Source of the DNA: an uncultured bacterium
GTDB lineage: Bacteria; Acidobacteriota; Thermoanaerobaculia; Multivoradales; JAHZIX01
Length of the DNA: 13,903 bases
Reading direction: 5' to 3'
NCBI GenBank assembly: GCA_965368975.1
Contig: CBDUPA010000048.1
Location: 1 to 13,903 of the forward strand
In this document: piece after piece, positions 9,001-13,903 of the stretch
Numbering within the stretch: position 1 is the stretch's first letter
Layout: each line of letters starts with the position of its first letter
The notes under the pieces: model-generated
Databases searched by the model: none
Told to the model about the DNA's origin: nothing
What the model saw: the letters and a program-made list of their open reading frames with translations, nothing else
Position numbers and translations under genes: made by a program

Positions 9001-10885
9001 TTACGACGATCTGGACCGCATCACGCAGGTCGATTACTCGGGAACCGACTTGGACATCACCTACACCTACGATGATCCCATGGTTGACTTCAGCCTCGGC
9101 CGGCTGACCCAGATCGGCCGAGCCAGTGGCAACGTCGACTACCAGTACGATCGATTCGGCTGGGTCACGCAGGACGGCGCTTTCACCTACGCCCACGACG
9201 CCAACGGCAATCGCCAGACCATCACCTACCCAGGTGGCCTTATCGCCACGTACACCTTCGACCATGCCGACCGCGAAGTCAGCCTGACCGCACAGCCCTC
9301 CGGTGGCAGCGTCCAGAGCATCGCCAGCGCTGCCACCTACGCCGCGCTCGGCCCCCTGACATCGCTGACCCTGGGCAACGGCCTGACCGAGAACCGCGCC
9401 TGGACGCCGAGGTACTTCCCTCAATCCATCGAGTTGAGCGGTGCTGGCGGCACCGCGCTGCGTTGGAACTACAGCACTGACGCCGAAGGCAACATCACTA
9501 CCATTTCCAACCCTAACAATGCTGCCGACAACCGGACGTTCGCCTATCAAGACGTGCAGTACTACTTGACCTCGGGCAATGGTCCATGGGGTGCTCTGAG
9601 CTGGACCTACGACCAGATTGGCAACAGGTTGACCGAGACGCGGGATGGGCTGACCGATACCTACAGCTACGTCCAGAACGCCGGCTCGAACAACACCGCC
9701 ATCTTGGAGCAGATCCAGCTCGGCATCGGTGGTCAGCGTTCGTACCAGCACGGCCCCGCTGGGCACATGACACAGATCGATTCCGCCGGCAACGTCACCG
9801 ACCTAGCGTACGACGCTGCTGGAAGATTGAGCCAGTTGCTCAAGCCGGTCACTCAGAACACGACCGACTTCTTGTACGACGGTCGTTCGTACCTGGTGAG
9901 TTCGGAAGCCGGTGTGATGGACGGCATTTTCGCGGACGACTTCGAGCTAGGTACCCTGAGCTGCTGGTCTTCGAAGTACGACAACGGAGTCGTCACCACC
10001 TCCGGGCAAGACTGCCAAACGTTCGTGACACTGCCCACCTACAGCTCCGAAGGTGTGCTGCATTCGCTCGACAAATTCGACGGTAGGGAAGGCATCGACG
10101 AGGTGCAGCACTTCCTGTACTTTGCGGGTCGGCCGGTGGCACAGGTGGCCGAGGCGAGTGGTGGCGTGGTTTACGAGTGGATCACGACGGATCACCTCGG
10201 AACGCCGGCAGTTGTCACGGATGCTGTGGGCATCGAGGTGTGGAGCGGGGGATTTGAGCCGTTCGGGCGGGATTATTCGACGGCGGCGGGGACGTCGTTG
10301 CGGTTGCCGGGGCAGTGGGAGGATGGGAGCTGGGAAGGAAGCGGATCTGGGGTGCTCCCATACCAGAATGTGCATCGGTGGTATCTCGCAGGTAATGGCC
10401 GGTTCTCCCGAAGCGATCCAATCGGATTGGCAGGAGGACTGAATATTTTCTTGTTCGGAGCAGGAAATCCTGTATCAAGGACCGATCCCTTGGGATTGCA
10501 GACGCGAAATGATCTAGCAGACTTCAAGATTCCCACTGCAGAAGAGATTGAGAAAGCTCACCAACGAATTTGTGCTCGTCAGGCATTCTTTGGCAACTAC
10601 AGCGATATGGTGGAGGCGAACTGGAGAAAGTCCGATAAGTACTTTCACTGTAAGGCGAATTGCGAAGCTGCCCGGTGTGGAGATTTCGGATTTCAACATG
10701 CTTGTCAATTAAGTGATCTCAGGGAATCCTTCGATCGCATTATAAAAGGAGATCCTCCAAGCGCCTCAGAAGAAGATCAGGCAGCAAATAGACATGGCAG
10801 GGAAGGGGCGAGAGAGTACCCGGACAAGACCTGCCAGATCATCTGTGCTCGTTTTCGGCCTAAGGGGTTGCCTGAAGAATACTAG
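6083..10885 (+). CDS. rhs: Secreted Rhs/YD-repeat polymorphic toxin with serum amyloid A-like C-terminal domain, about 1600 aa
   Basis: ATG 6083 with GGAGA at 6073-6077; signal peptide MRTSSIFVSLILVLALYPAEA; Cys-rich N-domain; LGVGWSHHY motif; many YD repeats; Rhs core end TDHLGTP...PGQW...HRWY...GRFSRSDPIGLAGGLN...NPVSRTDPLGL; 128-aa tip from 10499. Confidence 0.95.
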   Translation: MRTSSIFVSLILVLALYPAEATIYCSDLAPSVQNTFVEFTPGANPQLPSTFCSAGGAYCTTPIASAVQYEVEAACDPTDEGGGGCYVRATVPLQFPGNSQNGFNQHSKVFWFRQGNPAPSGVCAPGGFPTGNGCSPNSICGSSFNEILVEEGETFIQVGGLHCGNVFNAEGLQMWQVDAISCNFRSASSCVRQTIVPVDLTASLVAGLFNCPEPPPEYDCDCSTCPSIGSSAGGGGGGSGNAGDGAGSYDGGLATGPGARLYYRAKGVGTAGHPGSVSWGVELGVGWSHHYAIRIVEDPDANHVWFLNRMGSFREFSNPDGSGVYQTVNPSDEYRTLTHLSDGMGATLGWELRELDGTVHAFGATGRWTSTTDRFSNAKTATYTGGQLTHVDFPDGRSETFTYHGSGKLATISEVGVDSVTTRTWSYTWTSDELTRIDAPDGTALLFLYSGGYLTRVTKEGTSGGLRVEAAWEYTGGRVTRMWRGDVTHDGLNSVELYEFAYDMPGLPTEVDVTDPLGNVSTYHLGRDEAGNKPRLEQLEGDCPTCGLGPNTVLTYGDPSHPLRPTQEADGRGIVTTYAYDANGQVISRVEALGTALERETTWQYDATYPALVTRVERPSVEGAPETRMTIHTYSAGGALQQSQESGFEDSSPFVFDTLYTTNGAGMRTSVDPPGHGTADAISWTYDATRGDLIWLNRTDPLIGATIFTYDAFNRRTQVTDPNGVATETAYDALNRVTSFTQKGASPAEDLATTYTYTEFGDLFQVTLPRGNVIEYRYDAAGRLSRIERKPDLAGRAERTLYTLDTYGHRIQEQFQRWNGASFDTESTTSYTYSTRCNLDQIQHADGSVTEFAYDCNGNLTDVWDANHPSASQTNPPTTLYAYDSLNRLEQVSQLWGPGPGATYTQADYQYDVQDHLVSVTDAEGNATAYTYSDRDLMTEESSPVSGVTSYVYGDSGQLTSETDARGITTARVYDDLDRITQVDYSGTDLDITYTYDDPMVDFSLGRLTQIGRASGNVDYQYDRFGWVTQDGAFTYAHDANGNRQTITYPGGLIATYTFDHADREVSLTAQPSGGSVQSIASAATYAALGPLTSLTLGNGLTENRAWTPRYFPQSIELSGAGGTALRWNYSTDAEGNITTISNPNNAADNRTFAYQDVQYYLTSGNGPWGALSWTYDQIGNRLTETRDGLTDTYSYVQNAGSNNTAILEQIQLGIGGQRSYQHGPAGHMTQIDSAGNVTDLAYDAAGRLSQLLKPVTQNTTDFLYDGRSYLVSSEAGVMDGIFADDFELGTLSCWSSKYDNGVVTTSGQDCQTFVTLPTYSSEGVLHSLDKFDGREGIDEVQHFLYFAGRPVAQVAEASGGVVYEWITTDHLGTPAVVTDAVGIEVWSGGFEPFGRDYSTAAGTSLRLPGQWEDGSWEGSGSGVLPYQNVHRWYLAGNGRFSRSDPIGLAGGLNIFLFGAGNPVSRTDPLGLQTRNDLADFKIPTAEEIEKAHQRICARQAFFGNYSDMVEANWRKSDKYFHCKANCEAARCGDFGFQHACQLSDLRESFDRIIKGDPPSASEEDQAANRHGREGAREYPDKTCQIICARFRPKGLPEEY

Positions 10886-10907
10886 CCTGAACGGAAGGAT
10901 GATCGAC

Positions 10908-11063
10908 ATGAGGAAATTGCTGATTTTGCTAGCTTTCCTTCTAGTCTTAGGTACCCTAGCCTATCTTGTAAGAGGTTGGCTGGCTGTAGATTCGTGCCTT
11001 GATCGCGGTGGAAGCTGGGACTACGAGCATCGGGTCTGTCTTGCTCCAGAAACCGACGAGTAG
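10908..11063 (+). CDS. Small single-TM protein (51 aa), candidate immunity protein
   Basis: MRKLLILLAFLLVLGTLAYLVRGWLAVDSCLDRGGSWDYEHRVCLAPETDE. GGAAGGA at 10893-10899 precedes the start, which lies 22 nt after the toxin stop. Composition is similar to the toxin tip. Confidence 0.7.
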   Translation: MRKLLILLAFLLVLGTLAYLVRGWLAVDSCLDRGGSWDYEHRVCLAPETDE

Positions 11064-11084
11064 ACCAGGGAAACGACTACAAGC

Positions 11085-11171
11085 GTCACGAGCTACGTCT
11101 ACAGCGACTCCGGCCAGCTGACCAGCGAGACCGACGCGCGCAACATCACGACCACCCGGACCTACGACGAC
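11085..11171 (+). pseudogene. Orphan Rhs core fragment, paralogous to 8924-9010
   Basis: Encodes VTSYVYSDSGQLTSETDARNITTTRTYDD versus VTSYVYGDSGQLTSETDARGITTARVYDD in the full gene: 25/29 aa and 66/87 nt identical by hand count. Confidence 0.9.
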
Positions 11172-11899
11172 CAGGTCGAAGCCAGCCTGGGCGAGCTGGC
11201 AGCGGCACGCCGCTTGGCTCGGGATGCGGAGGAGCTGTACTTGCAAGCGCGCGCCTACTTCGCGCTGGATTGCAGGCCTACCATTTGGCACGCCTCGCAG
11301 CCTGGCAAGCGCAGTCCGCGCGGGCCGTCGAGGAATTGGAGCGTGCTCTCCAACTGCTTGATCTACCTACCGTGCCTCGGCTGCGTCGCTGGCTGCTCGT
11401 CGAGCTGGCATTCTTCTATTTTGAGACAGGAGCTGCCGTGCGGGGTAGTGAAGAGATGGAGTTAGCCCGATCGCTGGGGCCCCGCTCCTCGGACCTGGAC
11501 GCCGCCCGGGGCCTACTGTTTGTCCACACAGGAGAGGTGCCGGAAGGGCTTCGTTGGTTGGGCAAGGCGCGCGAGAGCGTGCAAGCCTCACAGCCAGGAG
11601 TGCCTGTGCATCGCTCTTTGCCAATCCTCACGCTGGACTTGGTCGAGGCGGAGCTGACCTTGCCCTCACCGCGCCGCGATCCGGCCCGCTGGCTAGAAGA
11701 CGAGGCTTCGCGTGCGGCACTGGGCCAGCGTCCGCCATTGTTGCAAGAGCGCTGGCGACAATTGGTGCCCAAGGTGCGCTTGAACCAGGTAGAGCCGACC
11801 TTGCTCCATCTCCTGTGCGCCGATCTGCAACGCGCCGAAGCTTTTCCGCACCGGGAATGGGTGGCGGGTGCCGCCAGCCCAATCCTGAGTTCTAGGTAG
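11172..11899 (+). pseudogene. 5'-truncated, probably frameshifted helical (TPR-like) gene remnant
   Basis: QVEASLGELAAARRLARDAEELYLQARAYFAL in one frame continues as AYHLARLAAWQAQSARAVEELERALQLL...ARGLLFVHTGEVPEGLRWLGKA in another, with a frame change near 11265-11270. No convincing start or RBS. Confidence 0.5.
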
Positions 11900-11944
11900 G
11901 GCGATCAGGCATCTTGGATTCAGTATCTAGATGCCTTCGTTTGG

Positions 11945-11972
11945 TTGACAGGGTAGTCCTTCCCGCTGTAAT
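11945..11972 (+). promoter_or_regulatory. Candidate sigma70 promoter for the 12092-13903 gene cluster
   Basis: Perfect TTGACA (11945-11950), 16-nt spacer, TGTAAT (11967-11972), in an intergenic position. The -10 lacks the conserved second A. Confidence 0.4.
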
Positions 11973-12091
11973 GGTACCAGCCCATCCGGGTGCCAGCCTG
12001 TTCAGCTCAGGCTGACGCCCTCCCAGCAAACGGCCCGATCCAGCGTTGCACCGCCGAACCGGGCCTAGCCACTCAAAGGAGGATTGTTCCC

Positions 12092-12502
12092 ATGAGTGAC
12101 CAGCCGCAGCATACCAATGCGCAGCCGCCGAGCGCCCTGCAGCCGCGCCACTGGGAGGCGCACGCCGTCTTCCGCGAGACGTACTTGCACCTCTACCCGG
12201 AAGCGTATAACCGCGACGCCTTCCGCAGCGTCGGCGTGACGCTCTACGACAACGCCCTGCTTCACGAAGAAACCTACAAGGAGCGCGGCGAAGTACCGGT
12301 CAAGTCGGACCTGCGCGCCGCGCTCCGGGACCTGCGTCAGCTGCAAGGCTACATCCACCACCTTGGTGCAGAGGCGGGCAGCGACGACGACCCCGAGATC
12401 GTCCAGTTCCAGAGCCTGGCGATCGAGGTGTCTGAACAACTGGGAGTCCAAGCAGCCCAGCTCGAAGCAAGCCTGGGGGCAGCTCCGGACCAGGAGAGCT
12501 GA
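12092..12502 (+). CDS. Hypothetical protein, 136 aa, helical C-terminal half
   Basis: Strong RBS AAAGGAGGA (12075-12083) before ATG 12092, in frame with the 11990 ORF; GC3-rich codons; 3 nt from the next gene. Confidence 0.8.
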   Translation: MSDQPQHTNAQPPSALQPRHWEAHAVFRETYLHLYPEAYNRDAFRSVGVTLYDNALLHEETYKERGEVPVKSDLRAALRDLRQLQGYIHHLGAEAGSDDDPEIVQFQSLAIEVSEQLGVQAAQLEASLGAAPDQES

Positions 12503-12505
12503 GCG

Positions 12506-13492
12506 ATGCCGGACATGAACACCGGCACCCACGTCGCACAAGCCGAGCAGGAGATCCAGCGTTGCTGCGCGCAACTGCTCGTTCGCTTTGGAGCAGAGCT
12601 TGGGCGATATCCGCCGCGGATCTGCATCCAGGGTTTGTCACCTGGATCGGACCGCAGGCGAGACGAGCAGCCGCAACCGGTACGCGTACCCGCGCATGCT
12701 CTGACGGGCTCGAGGTCCGAGGTTTTGACGGCGTTGCTCCATGCGATGGTGCACTGGGTCAACGGTCTGCGCGATATCAAGGACTGTTGCTATCGCGGCT
12801 ACCACAACCGCAGATTCCGCGACCTCGCCCAGCAAGTCGGCTTCGAGGTCGGAGAGCGTGTGCACCGCTTCGGCTGGACCGATCTGCAAACGAGTGCCGC
12901 ACTCACAGCTGAGCTTCAGGAGATCTCGTTCGACGAGAGCATCCTGTCTCCGCTGCTGGCGGGACTCAGCGCCGAGAAGCGACGCCCTCGACCCTGTCGC
13001 ACCAACCTTCCGAGACGCCGACCGGTCAGCCCTTTCTGGCAGGACGGTAGTGCCCTACCGAGGCTATCGCGCCTGCGCGTCGAACTGGTGCGCGAGGCGA
13101 GCGCACCCTTGCACACGTACCCTCGGGTGCGTGCTCAAGGTGACGCCGCCGCGCTGCTCTGGCAGGTTCTGCAGAGCTACGACCGCGAAGCCTTGGCCGT
13201 GCTGTTCCTGGACGCAACCCGCCGCGTGATCGGCTGGGATGTGCCGTACATCGGCACCCTTACCGGTGCGCAGGCCGAGCCGCGTGGCATTCTGGTACCG
13301 GCGCTGCTGGCGCAGGCGCGATCGGTTGCTGTTGGGCACAACCACCCCTCGTGCAACCCGAGACCAAGTCGGCAGGATGAACGCTTCACGTACCGGCTGC
13401 GCGAGGCTGGGCGAGTCCTGGGCGTCGAGCTGTACGTCTCGATCACGCTCGTGGGTGCCGGCCAGTGGCGCCAGATCCTGCCGGTGCGGTGA
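12506..13492 (+). CDS. radC: Fusion of a SprT-like zincin domain (degenerate) and a RadC-like JAB domain, 328 aa
   Basis: N-half LLHAMVH...GYHNRRFRDLAQQVGFEV...GW; C-half DREALAVLFLD...IGTL...EPRGI...GHNHPSCNPRPSRQD...AGRVLGVEL. Confidence 0.85.
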   Translation: MPDMNTGTHVAQAEQEIQRCCAQLLVRFGAELGRYPPRICIQGLSPGSDRRRDEQPQPVRVPAHALTGSRSEVLTALLHAMVHWVNGLRDIKDCCYRGYHNRRFRDLAQQVGFEVGERVHRFGWTDLQTSAALTAELQEISFDESILSPLLAGLSAEKRRPRPCRTNLPRRRPVSPFWQDGSALPRLSRLRVELVREASAPLHTYPRVRAQGDAAALLWQVLQSYDREALAVLFLDATRRVIGWDVPYIGTLTGAQAEPRGILVPALLAQARSVAVGHNHPSCNPRPSRQDERFTYRLREAGRVLGVELYVSITLVGAGQWRQILPVR

Positions 13493-13502
13493 GGGAGGGG
13501 AT

Positions 13503-13903
13503 ATGCCGAAAGCCCACCTGACCCACCGCATCATCGATACCTTGACTGCGGGCGAGTGGATGACCGACTACTGGGATCCGCAGTTGCCCGGCTTTGGGGT
13601 ACGTGTCTCCAAGAGCGGTCGCAAGACGTTCATCGTGCGCTACCAGGGCGCCAACGGCAGCAAGCGCCGCTTGAATCTGGGCATGTATCCCGTGATGAGT
13701 CTGGCCGAGGCCCGCGACCAAGCCCGCGAGAAGCTAGCCGCTATCGCCAAGGGCGAGGACCCGCAGGTCGAGAAGGTTGTAGAGCGCGAAGCGCCGATCT
13801 TCGGGGAACTGGCCGAGGTCTACCTGGAGCGTCACGCCAAGGTGAAGATGTGGGCGGTCATCAGAAAACGCCGTAATTCGGTCGTTTCGCTCATTTCCCT
13901 GAA
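13503..13903 (+). CDS. int: Tyrosine integrase, N-terminal arm-binding (DUF4102-type) domain; partial, runs off the window
   Basis: Translated by hand, not in the ORF track: MPKAHLTHRIIDTL...DYWDPQLPGFGVRVSKSGRKTFIVRYQGANGSKRRLNLGMYPVMSLAEARDQAREKLAAIAKGEDPQ...FGELAEVYLERHAK. GGAGGG at 13494-13499 precedes the start. Confidence 0.9.
   Translation, partial: MPKAHLTHRIIDTLTAGEWMTDYWDPQLPGFGVRVSKSGRKTFIVRYQGANGSKRRLNLGMYPVMSLAEARDQAREKLAAIAKGEDPQVEKVVEREAPIFGELAEVYLERHAKVKMWAVIRKRRNSVVSLISL

Noticed and set aside
6908-9766. Long minus-strand ORFs (6908-7549, 7562-8686, 8747-9766)
   Set aside because: Antisense shadows of the GC3-biased Rhs frame with no recognisable motifs.
10595-10885. Eukaryotic contamination explaining the SAA match
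   Set aside because: The domain is in frame with a bacterial Rhs core right after DPLGL, has no introns, and is followed by a gene with a bacterial RBS.
13556-13876. ORF-track 106-aa ORF and minus-strand ORF 13443-13721
   Set aside because: Both are alternative frames over the integrase reading frame that starts at 13503.

Overview
The window is a mosaic of mobile DNA, with every credible gene on the + strand. (1) 477-5427 is a lower-GC, tightly coupled four-gene operon: HD phosphohydrolase (HD-CE-like), ORC/CDC6-like AAA+ ATPase, a protein resembling a tandem CARF/Rossmann fold, and a C5 DNA cytosine methyltransferase. No restriction nuclease is recognisable, and it is a candidate uncharacterised anti-phage system. 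(2) 5625-5672 is a 3' fragment of tRNA-Thr(CGT), read as the attachment site closing that island. (3) 6083-11063 is a signal-peptide-bearing Rhs/YD polymorphic toxin whose C-terminal tip closely resembles animal serum amyloid A, followed by a small membrane-anchored candidate immunity protein. (4) 11085-11899 holds an orphan Rhs fragment joined to a broken TPR-like gene. (5) 12092-13903 holds a hypothetical gene, a SprT-like/RadC(JAB) fusion and the 5' part of a tyrosine integrase absent from the ORF track. All family assignments come from motifs recognised by eye; no searches were run.
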